In this document: positions 53,581-64,000 of the stretch, piece after piece
How positions within the stretch are numbered: the stretch's first letter is position 1
How the letters are laid out: each line of letters starts with the position of its first letter
NCBI GenBank assembly: GCA_951406725.2
Contig: OX597822.1
Span: 24,552,001 to 24,616,000, forward strand
Source of the DNA: Octopus vulgaris
Lineage: Eukaryota
Direction: 5' to 3'
DNA length: 64,000 bases
The notes under the pieces: generated by a model
Database searches by the model: none
The model's input: only the letters and a program-made list of their open reading frames with translations
Told to the model about the DNA's origin: nothing
Program-made: the position numbers and the translations under genes

Positions 53581-53945
53581 AGAGCACTCAGAGAGTGCAA
53601 ACCTCTGCCAAGGCAATGCCAATGTCCTCTCAATGATTAGCCAGAGATAATTTTTAAATGAGAATATCTGAAATAAACTTGACTGCTCTCACAAACGAGA
53701 ATACTAAAAATCAACCCTACTGCTCTCAAAAATAAAGTAAAAAAGCAGGAAAAATAATGTAGAATCTTTGTCTGGTACCAGATTGATCCCAAAATCTAAT
53801 CAGTTCATGCCACCAATCACGAGGCCAAACATCCCTGAAAGTTTCATCTGAATCTATCCAGTGGTTCTTGAGATATCTTGTCCACGGACATATAAACAAA
53901 CACAACTAAAAACAATACTTCTGCCTTCACCAAGCTGGAGATAAT
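53581..53945 (-). mobile_element. Helentron-associated/DINE-like element, second copy
   Basis: Reverse-complement homolog of 25355-25717. Confidence 0.6.
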
Positions 53946-56236
53946 AATTATTATTTCAAATTTTGGCGCAAGGCCATCAATTTCAAGTGAAGGGATAAAC
54001 TGATTACATTAACCTCAGTGTTCAACTGGTACTTATTTTATTGACCTCGAAAGGATGAAAGGAAAAGTTAGCCTAGAACATAAAGTTAGAAGAAATATTG
54101 CTAAGCATATTTCCTGATGCTCAATGACTCAAGTGATAGCAATAATAATAATGATTTCAAATATTGGCACAAGGCCAGCAATTTCGGGGGTGGGGGTAAG
54201 TTGATTACACTGACACCAGTGACCAACTGGTACTTAATTTTATTGACCACCCTACCCATTAAAGATTGAACAGTAAAGTTGACCTCAGTGGAATTTGAAC
54301 TCAGAATGCAAAGACAGAGACGGAATGCTGTTAATGATTCTACCAGCTCACCAATAATAGTAATTAATGAGAGGTTGGTTGTGTGTGCTACTGGCAATCC
54401 ATGTTTCATGGTCAGAAATCAGTGACTAAACAAGCATTACATGCTGGCCTGGTGATGTATGTTGCTAGAAACCTAGCAGAACACATGATATATCAAGAGA
54501 ACACATGAACTTAGCTAATCATCAACAACTATTTAGTAGGATTCTATGGAGTTTGAAACCCAAGGAATGGGTTATTTGGCATGGGCTAAATCACTTCACG
54601 GATAGCCAGAATCACTTTAGCCTAAGTTGCCAATTTTTCTACAAATGTAATCCTGGAAAAAAGCTTGCTGTATTATTATTTTTTTATTTTTTATTATTTA
54701 TGCGCCCTTTTCAAGCCTAGCCAGGCTCATGGGCCCGGTTTCCCAGTTTCTATGGCATATGTATTCACCCCCAGCTGGATGGGACGCCAGTCCATCGCAG
54801 CGTTACTCAAGAAACAGGAAGAAAGAGTGAGAGAAAGTTGGGGTGAAAGAGTACAACAGGGGTCGCCACCATCCACTGCCAGAGCCTCGTGGAGCTTTAG
54901 GTGTTTTCGTTCAATAAACACACACAACGCCTGGTCTGGAAATCGAAACCACGATCCTCCGAACGGAGTCCGCTGCCCTTACCACTGGGCCATTGTGCCT
55001 CCATGTATTATCATTTACTGTTGCCAGAGTGGCTGTTGTCAGATGATAAGTGCAGAAACTTTATCTAGCCTTCCTACTTTTACATGCTGTGTATGTGGGG
55101 GGTATGAGTCCCAAAATTATTTAAAATGTCAACTGGAAAGGTGCCTGCAAAGAAAACATTCAGTTCATGAAAAACAACTATTATTTTTTTATTTTTTACT
55201 CGTATCAGTCATTGGACTGTGGTCATGTTGGGGTGCCACCTTGATAAATTTCAGTTGCACAAATTGACCTTGGTGCACATTCTATTGGTCTCTTTTTGCT
55301 AATTATAGTGATGTAAACACACCAACTATGTTCAAGCCAAGTGAGATTGTAGACGTAACTGATGCTAGTTTTGTTTAACTGGCCCATTAGAAGCACCCTT
55401 CAATCATTGAATGCTGTGCTTGTGAAGGCCTTGTTGAACTGAGTGAAATTGTAGTTGTGGCCAATGCCAGGACCTATTTCTTTAATACCCACAAGGGGTT
55501 AAACACAGAGGGGACAAACAAGGACAGACAAACGGATTACATCGACCCCAGTGCATAACTGGTACTTAATTTATTGACCCCGAAAGGATGAAAGGCAAAG
55601 TTGAACTCAGAACGTAACGGCAGATGAAATACGGCTACGCATTTCGCCCGGCATGCTAACGTTCTGCCAGTTTGCCACCAATGCCAGTACCGTCTGACTG
55701 GCACCTGTGCCAGTGGCAGGTAGCACCCTTCAATAGTTTGGCAATATGTTGTGCTTGTGAAAACCTGTTGGACCAAGTGAAATTGTAGTCACGACCGATA
55801 ACAGTGCCGTCTGACTGGCACCTGTGCTGGTAGCACCTAAAAGCACCACTCGAGTGCTGAGCCTCGTGAAAGCAGTGACAGGTGACCAAGGCCCTTGGCA
55901 ATTTGCTGTGCTTGTGTTGACCTGTCAAGCCAAGTAAGACTGTAGTTGTGGCAGATGCTGGTGTCAGGTCAATGGTACCTATGCCGGTGGTACGTAGAAA
56001 GCACCCACTACACTCTCAGAGTGGTTGGAGTTAGGAAGAGTATCCAGCTGTAGAAACACTGCCAAATCAGATTGGAACTTGGTGCAGCAGCAGCAGCCCA
56101 TACCCCACCCGGGCTTACCAGTTTTCAGTCAAACTGTCCAACCCATGCCAGCATGGAAAGTGGACGTTAAACGATGATTCAGCTAGCTAGAAACATATGT
56201 AACCTGGATTTTAATTTTCTCTACTCCATTCTCTAA

Positions 56237-56292
<56 letters not shown>

Positions 56293-56357
56293 ATAGAAAA
56301 TGGTAAGACAACAAAAGAATGAAAGAGACCTTGATATTATGTAAATAGAGGAATTTA

Positions 56358-56520
56358 TCTGTAACTGTAATATGTGACAATTACTTGGTAGCCATAATAA
56401 AACTCCGAGTTTTAGATGCCGAGGTGGAAATCCACACCGCCATCTCTTCAGTTATCTGGCATCCGAAACTCAGAGTTTTATCATGGCTACCGAGTAATTG
56501 TCACATATTACATTTACAGA
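56358..56520. repeat. Fold-back inverted repeat containing a minus-strand hammerhead (56397-56455)
   Basis: Arms 56358-56420 and 56458-56520. The minus strand reads ataa-CTGAAGA-gatg...catc-t-AAAAC-tcgga-GTT-ttat; the opposite arm retains GAAAC. Confidence 0.7.
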
Positions 56521-56535
56521 TATATAAATATATAT

Positions 56536-56569
<34 letters not shown>

Positions 56570-57364
56570 ATCAGCATCATCATCATCATCATTTAACATC
56601 TGCTTTCTATGCTGGTATGGGTTAGACAATTTGAAACTGGTAAACTGGAGAGCTGCATCAGATAAAGCATGGTTTCTACTGCTGGATGCCCTTCCTAATG
56701 CCATATATATTTTATCATTTTATTTATTACTAGCACTATGACCCGGCAACGCCGGGTCATAATGCTAGTGCATGCATATACAGCTGCGTGCGTGTGCACA
56801 TACACGAGCGTACTGTCAAATTTCTGACCAATCACGTACAGCTAGCTGGCATTTAATTGGCGTATCAAGTTTCAGGCATATGTGTTTTCCATTTCTATGA
56901 CATTCTGGTGTAATGTTTCAACTTGGAAGACTGGAAGATTCCTATGGCTTTCGACCTCACCAAGTTGTAATCTGGCATTTAACAATAAGTAACCAAATTA
57001 TTTTGAAATAATTTCACACACACACATATACATAGAAAGGCCCTCATGCTTTCCGAAAACCGCCGAAACTACACCTGATTATATATACACTTTAGATGAG
57101 TTGTAGTGCACCTGAGCACTGTACACAATGTTTTATTATTATTATTATTATAGATAAATTTAAGTGGTACAAAAATTCACACATTGAGGTTATGCGGTAC
57201 AAATACACGGAAAGAAATAGAGATTATATGATAGAAACAGGATAGAAGTCAATATTTGCTAAGTAGAACGAGTATACTTTTAAATAGATTTAACTTTATA
57301 TACATTACGCGCACGTGTATGCCTGTCATAACATGTATATATTACATCGTTTATGCCGTTCTTT

Positions 57365-57768
57365 TATAGATATATGTGCATGGAAAATGTATGTATATGC
57401 GTGTGTATTCAAGCATTCACTCCGGTTTGACGTCTTATTGATATATATTATCCCTTTTTTTTCTTTTTCTTTAAACTGCCGTTTAAATATATATAGATAT
57501 ATAAAATGCACGCGTGTTTTTTCCCACTTCTATGACATTCTGGTGTACTGTTTCAACTTGGAAGACTGGAAGATTCCTATGGCTTTCGACCTCACCAAGT
57601 TGTAATCTGGCATTTAACACGCGTGCATTTTATATATCTATATATATTTAAACGGCAGTTTAAAGAAAAAGAAAAAAAGGGATAATATATATCAATAAGA
57701 CGTCAAACCGGAGTGAATGCTTGAATACACACGCATATACATACATTTTCCATGCACATATATCTATA
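57365..57768. repeat. Near-perfect ~153-bp inverted repeat with ~97-bp spacer
   Basis: 57365-57518 is the reverse complement of 57616-57768; the spacer duplicates about 56881-56983. Confidence 0.9.
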
Positions 57769-59086
57769 TAAGCCTTTCCACCCGTGGTCATTCGACTTGG
57801 TGTTCTTTCGTTAGAAGCAGCAAGCCTCTTTACTATCTTAAAATATAAAGCGAGAGAGAGAGAATCATTCGGAGAATGTAGAAGTCACCCGATGTACAAA
57901 AGATACGGGGTAATCGCGAGAGGAACGCCTCTGATCATTGCTCGAGCAGCCGAATCAAAGGCTGACCTGGGACTCTACTACTACTACTACTTCTATATTC
58001 TGTAACAGAGTGAACTGCTCGCTTCCCCCACCGCCAACTTTTATTTCTATTTGCAGAGGTATCGCAAAAATTTTTTTAATTAAGTGCAGTAGTTTCCCCT
58101 GATGGTGCAATTCGATCGAAAAAGTGCACGTCTTTGCTCCAATAATTTACTGATTTCATAATTCACCCTCACCCCCAGCACTTCTTCAGTTCATTTATTT
58201 ATTTATCTATTTTGTAAACTACGTTCGTTTACACCAAATATTATTATATTAATTATACCATCTTTAAAGTAAATTTATATAAATATTGTTTTAATTTTCT
58301 ATTTCAGATTTCTCTATTGTTCTTGTTACTTTTCGGTAGGGGTGACAAGACTTTGGGACCACCCGGTACAGCCTTACATAGACGAAAGAAACAATGTCGG
58401 GGGGTATCTTCGCCTTTGCGGTCCAAAATTCAAATTAGTCTGTCATTTAATATGGTTCTATACAAATATGTATGCATTTATATCTATAACTAGTTCGTTA
58501 GTTCTCCAGGAACTGAGGTTTCGCTTTTAAAAGTTTTTGTATTTATTTAATTTTCTTTTCATTCTTTATTTTTTTAAAAATTAAGAAATTTAGCTTCCTT
58601 AATTGATTTTTAAGGTAACTCACTCTGCAATTAGCAGCTGCAGTTAATTAAAGATAAGCCATTATGTCAACCTACAGTGAAACAGTAAGGTATTGAACTA
58701 ATTGGTAATACGAGGTCGACTTTGCCTTTCACCCTTTCGGGGTCGATAAATTAAGTACCCGTTACGCACTGGGGTCGATGTAATCGACTTAATACCTATG
58801 TCTGTCCTTGTTTGTCCCCTCTATGTTTAGCCCCTTTGTGGGTAATAAAGAAATAGGTATTCGCCATCAAAATAATTTCGATCATCGATGCTAAAATTCT
58901 TAATTGCAAAATAAAGACTAAATAATCATCCAAATTAAAAAAAAGAAAACCGGTATATTTTTAGTTTCTAGGAAATTAATTACCAAAACAGATGGAAAAA
59001 AAAATTACATATGTAGGACTGCATTAAAAAAATAACGGTGAATTATGGATTGTAAAAGCGAGGGTACCCGTATATATTATATTTAC

Positions 59087-59418
59087 CTTTGTCGGCACGT
59101 TGAAAAGGAACTTCGAAAATAAGACAAAAGATCGGCAAAGTAGCATCTTCGACCGAAACAACGCGAGTTGAGAATTTTCTCATCATTATTATTATCATCA
59201 TCATTGTCTGCATCATCGCCGACAAAATTGTGATTTAAACACGGTGCGGCTAAATTATTTTCACTTTTCCTACCGCCTTTTTCGCCATCTTCTATTTGCA
59301 TATCATTTGCACTTTTATTTCCATCATCATCATCGTCATCATCGCCGTCATCATTGGTCTCCTCTCTTTCGCGATCCAGTACCTCCATTTCTTCCATGTT
59401 TGATAAAACTACTGACAT
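59087..59418 (-). CDS. MCT-like transporter exon 1 (acidic N-terminal tail, MSVVLSNMEEMEVLDRE...DDDDDDD...STCRQ)
   Basis: ATG at 59418 lies in the 59083..59514 ORF. The donor AG|GTAAAT is phase 2 and matches the phase-2 acceptor of the next exon (AG+C = Ser). The region is CpG-richer than the gene body. The start could instead be the later Met (MEEME). Confidence 0.72.
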
Positions 59419-60051
59419 GATGGAAATAAATCTACAAATGTGTCGCTTCAAATAATTTTCTCTCCGTGTATCTTTCTTTCTTTCTTTCTTCACCCCTCTC
59501 TCTCTCTCACACACACATCATACTCCTTTTACGCTTTCTTCCCCTGTTTTTCTCTCACGTTTTCTTTTTCACTCTGTCTGTTTCTCAGTTCTTAACTCTC
59601 TCACTCTTACTCACTTCTCTCATTTTCTCTCCCTCTGCCTGTATAATATATCTTATTCACTTTCGCACTGCCTCACTTTCTCTATCTCACTGATGCTCAT
59701 TCACCTCCCTCTCTATTAGTTTCTTTCTCTTTTCTCCTCCCGGTCTTTTTTCTTTCTTTGTCAAACGCACTAAAAAGCCTCTACGTTTACATCAATATCT
59801 CGACCTACTAGAAATAGCAGCGAATCATCCTGAAACCACACTTTACTGTTTTAAAAACGTAAGGATACATTAGATAAATGGTTCTCAATCTTGCTTTTTT
59901 TTGTTATCTTTTGTCTATGAACCCCTTTAATTCCTATTTTACTTTGCTGGACTTTCATTGCCATTCAATACACACACACACACACGTAACTCCCAATAAA
60001 TTTGTTGAGCGCCCTTTCGTTTGTCCGCTCACTCGGAGATATATCTATCTA

Positions 60052-60559
60052 TCTATATAAAACTGTAGTTGTGTGAGTGTCTGTCCCCTTCGATTTAGAT
60101 TCCTAACTACTCCCACATTTTGCGGTGCAGTTTAACCAAATTCAGGTATCTTATAGTCGTGATTCATATCGAGCCCGTCTGAGTATTAGCGCGCGTCTAC
60201 GATGAGCCTACGATTTTAAAAATAATTTAACATCATTTTTTATTCCATTTTAATGCATAATTTTTCGTGTGTCGATGGCGGCGGAGTTGGCGTCCATGGT
60301 CACACCTGCACCTGTTTGCTTCTCCCCCTTCTTCCCTCCCTCGTGAAGCTGTGGGGAAGGGAGTGTAAGGAAATCAACGTCGTAAAGCGTTGTCAAGGAG
60401 ACCAGCGTTCTTTTAGAACAACGACTTCATTGCTTGAAGACACCAAAACAGAAATGGCTAAGAAAGCCCGAATTGGCATCTATAAGGGAAGTAACTCTCT
60501 AAAAATGCTTATATAGTTATTTCCCTTACAAACCCGAGCAACGCCGGGCGATACTGCTA

Positions 60560-60560
<1 letters not shown>
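60052..60560 (+). mobile_element. Non-autonomous Helitron
   Basis: A|TC start, CCCGAGCAACGCCGGG hairpin and CTAG|T end. Confidence 0.8.
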
Positions 60561-60600
<40 letters not shown>

Positions 60601-60951
60601 AGTGAGCGGACAAAAAGTGTGTGTGTATGTGTGTGTATGTGTGCGTGTGTGTACATATATGGATCGTCCGTAAACATAAATCCGAAAAAAGAAGCACACT
60701 CTAAGTTATAGACCAGTATATATTACAGTTAGATAAGGCCAGTTTATGGGATTACCTTAGATTTGACGTCTATAAAGGGCCTGGCTTTATGGCGTGAAAC
60801 CTAAGGTTATCCCATAAGCCGGCCTTATCTAACTTTTATGTATATATATATATATATATAGCCAATTAAAAGGCAGAAGAAAACAAGCAAAGGTGAAGAT
60901 GTAGTAAAAGTAATGTATATAATATGACACTCAGAGAAAGAAGGGAGTTGT

Positions 60952-60988
60952 TGTTTTACGTTTCGAGCATAGCTCTTCCTCAGAAACA
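60952..60988 (-). ncRNA. Minimal PLE-type hammerhead ribozyme, intact core
   Basis: Minus strand: tgttt-CTGAGGA-A-gagc-tat-gctc-GAAAC-GTA-aaaca; helix I 5 bp, helix II 4 bp, loopless palindromic ACGT helix III. Confidence 0.75.
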
Positions 60989-61464
60989 GAAAAAAAAAAC
61001 AAACAAACAAGAAGAAGGAGAAAAAATTGCCAGCAGTTCACGTGCGGTTACATTTCTGAAGTGTCTAGAAGTAGATGGAGGAAGAGAAAGTGCTTTCTGG
61101 GATAGGAGAGTGTGAAGATGGTCGGTATAGATGTGTGTGTCTGTGACAGTAACTGCGTGTGTGTGTGTATGCGGGGTAGTGTGTGCACGTGTGGTGAAAG
61201 CTGTGTGTGTGTGTGTTTGTGTGAGTAGTCTGTGTGTGTGTGTGTGTGTTGTTGGTAGGATCTGAGTGCGTCTTTGTTAATGTCGTTCTAAGAGGTCAGT
61301 AGCTATAGTTACAGGTGTGTGTGTGTCTGTTGGTATGTATGCGTTGATGGAGTGGGAATGTGTGTGTGCGTGTGGAGATGCGTGTATGTCTGTGCATGTG
61401 AGTGTGTATGGAAGTGTATGTGCATGTATCCATATGTGTGCGTGTGCTTGCATTGTGTGTGTGG

Positions 61465-61510
<46 letters not shown>

Positions 61511-61517
<7 letters not shown>

Positions 61518-61794
61518 CAACATCCCAGAGAGATATAATGTCACAGCCCTAGCTGAGCACATCTGGGCTTTGAAAGAAAGGACCGTGGAGTACAGCATAA
61601 AATGGAAGATCCTAGAAAAATGCAAATCATACTTCAATAGTGACAGGAAGAGCAGATTATGCCTGGCTGAGAAGAGAGCAATTTTAAAAGGTACCCAACA
61701 CCTGGATGTCTACCTAAATAGTTGGAGTGAGGTGTTTAATCCTTGCTCACATGAAAGGAAGTACATCCTATCGTACCTGCATGCCCCACCATGA
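61511..61794 (+). mobile_element. Penelope-like element 3' end (GIY-YIG C-terminus), 5'-truncated
   Basis: TALAEHIWALKE...YSIKWKILEKCKSY...RLCLAEKRAIL...LNSWSEVFNPCSHERKY. Confidence 0.85.
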
Positions 61795-62221
61795 CTGCAA
61801 CTACAAGTCTCCTAACTTGACCCTCGATCCTCCACCAACGATCTTCCACGAATGAGTTTAACCAAAGCACACACACACGCTGACATAAAAACCCCCCATG
61901 ACTTCATCCTTTACAGAAAGAAAACAGATCAACGAATACAGCACTATACATACCTACACCTCTGGAAAAAATCATGCATGTGACACCACTATACATATCA
62001 AACACCCCAATCCCACAGGAGCACCACATTGATAATACACACCTTCCCCACTTCAAGACAACTCTTGCTCGTTTCACAGCCGACCCAAGCAAGGGACATA
62101 ACTCCTAACCTAATCCTCTGGCCTCTCTTTCATTTCACCACCTTTTTTTACAGCAGCTGCTGACCAGTTGTGCTAATCTACCTCCAACAATAGAGGGCAG
62201 TTGCCATATTCCCTTCCATAT

Positions 62222-62313
62222 CAGCTAACTCTGATGAGTGTAAAGTTATTTAATCAGGTTATTACCTAACACTCCATTGTATTCGTTATGTGAAACTGAT
62301 TGGTAAGATCAGC
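62222..62313 (+). ncRNA. Hammerhead motif in the 3' pseudo-LTR of the upstream PLE
   Basis: gctaact-CTGATGA-gtgtaa...ttatgt-GAAAC-tgattg-GTA-agatcagc; helix II pairs with G-U wobbles; about 440 nt after the PLE stop. Confidence 0.6.
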
Positions 62314-62355
62314 CATGATGGATATTTAATACATATTTAATATTGTACTTTTTGG

Positions 62356-62393
<38 letters not shown>

Positions 62394-62394
<1 letters not shown>

Positions 62395-62556
62395 TTATTT
62401 TATAGAAGGAGCTTCTACAGGACTAGAACTTTCATTCAGATGAAATCTTCAGGAAGCTGGTATAAATACCAGACCTTATTTTGACAGCCAGCTTCCTGAA
62501 GATTTCATCTGAATGAAACAGTTCTAGTCCTGTAGAAGCTCCTTCTATAAAATAAA
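62394..62556. repeat. Near-perfect ~67-bp-arm inverted repeat whose arms are hammerhead motifs on opposite strands
   Basis: Arms 62394-62460 and 62488-62556. The + arm reads agcttc-CTGAAGA-tttcatctgaat-GAAACAG-ttctagtc-CTGTA-gaagct; the left arm has a 2-nt deletion in GAAAC. Confidence 0.8.
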
Positions 62557-62655
62557 TTAATTTACTCTGCTATGTATTGAGTACCTTATTTACTGTGGTT
62601 AACCCCGACTCAACCCGGGACCTACATATATATATATATATATATATATATACAC

Positions 62656-62736
<81 letters not shown>

Positions 62737-62744
62737 ATATATAG

Positions 62745-64000
62745 GAAAAATAGAAGTTGAAAATGCACAGAGAATAGATAAGATATTTTTTATTAGTATA
62801 ATTAAAGATGTAACCGGTTTCACAGTTTACACTGATTTTCAAAAATTTGAAATTGAAAGACATGGCTTATGATGCAGTTGTTTTGCTTCTGACTAGTGTT
62901 TGAAGCTTGCTCTATTTTTAAAAGGAGTTCATGACTCAAATTAATATATGTTTCGAAGGGAATTCGATTGGTAGAGGGTAGTCACATGACTGGTCTTAGA
63001 AATTTTGGTAGGTTCCCCACTACATCTGTGTATTAATGTCAAGTGACAAGAGAATGCTTTCATGCAAAAGTACAAACCCATATTTAACAAACTTTAGTGA
63101 AGTACAAACACAAATAAGTATTCTCACACAAAATTCATTCTGCCACTTAACATGAGGAACCTACACAGCTTACAACCTAAACTTTAGCCACTGGACTACA
63201 CACAAATGACTTCTGTCATCTACTCTCCTGCCAGATAGATTACATTTGAGTGCCTTGATTGCAATTGGACATGTTCGCTCAACCATGTCAGCCTTCATTT
63301 TTAAGTGCAAAATATACTGGCACGTGACACTAATGCATGGACATAGCGGGGAAACTTACAGAAGGTTCTAAACTTAATCACTTGTTCATTCTCTACAAAT
63401 ACCTGGCAGAAAACATTCAGAGCATTGATTGTTTTGTACTACCGCTAGACTTGTTCAGTCAATCATATCAGCCTTAACTTATGACACTAAGCTTTGTTAC
63501 TTGATACTAACACACAGACATCGTGGGGAACTTACAAAAATTTCTAAGACCATGTGACTACCCTCTCCCTATCAAAACCTATTCAAAACATATACTAAAC
63601 TGAGCCATGAACACCCTATAAAAATAGAGCAAGCTTTGAATACTAGTCAGAAGCAAGACAGCTGTAACATAAGCCACATTTTCTATTTCAAATTTTTGAA
63701 AATCAGTGTAAACTGTGAAACCGGTTCCATCTTTAACCCTTTTGATACCAACCTGGCCAAAACCGCCTCTGGCTCTGTAGTACAAATGTCTTGTTTTCAT
63801 AAGTTTTGAATTAAAATCTTCCACCAAACTTTAGTCACAATTTATGTTCCAACACTAGCTGAATGATAACTAAGTTATTTTACTAAATTCTTTGTTATAT
63901 TTAAAATTAATTGAATGAAACACAGAATATCTCAAAATAAATACAGTAACGAAAGGGTTAAATATATCAATATAAGATATTTTAACCATTCTCAGTGCAT
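62745..64000. mobile_element. Non-autonomous element with ~300-bp terminal inverted repeats (right TIR interrupted and running off the window)
   Basis: aaccggtttcacagtttacactgattttcaaaaatttgaaat (~62813) is inverted at ~63685-63727; gagggtagtcacatg...ttccccac is inverted at ~63523-63566. Confidence 0.75.
63737..63957. mobile_element. piggyBac-type MITE nested in the right TIR
   Basis: TTAA|CCCTTT ... AAAGGG|TTAA; homologous to the element ending near 38344. Confidence 0.75.

Overview
AT-rich, microsatellite- and repeat-dense animal genomic DNA, very probably from an octopus or other coleoid cephalopod (inferred from the SINE families, a YHCDIC-type C2H2 finger and the (TA)n/(CA)n density). 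One host gene can be reconstructed by hand: a five-exon, minus-strand MFS transporter of the monocarboxylate-transporter (SLC16/MCT-like) family. Its CDS exons are 59418-59087, 37648-37452, 34676-34533, 31245-30097 and 21954-21809, all with GT-AG junctions and consistent phases, giving 655 aa. The rest is mobile DNA: a 5'-truncated RTE LINE with an embedded PHD-type finger and a six-fold tandem 3' UTR, Penelope-like element (PLE) fragments, an R4/Dong-like relic, two solo LTRs with 4-bp TSDs, mariner/Tc1 relics, piggyBac-type and other MITEs, non-autonomous Helitrons and Helentron-type elements, several tRNA-SINE families and a decayed C2H2-ZNF fragment. The least expected signal is about ten hammerhead-ribozyme-like motifs (CTGANGA...GAAAC...GTH), several with the short, often palindromic helix III known from PLEs. 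Some lie inside long fold-back inverted repeats that carry ribozyme sequence on both strands. An unidentified multi-stem motif also recurs three times. All calls were made by eye; no database search or folding program was run.
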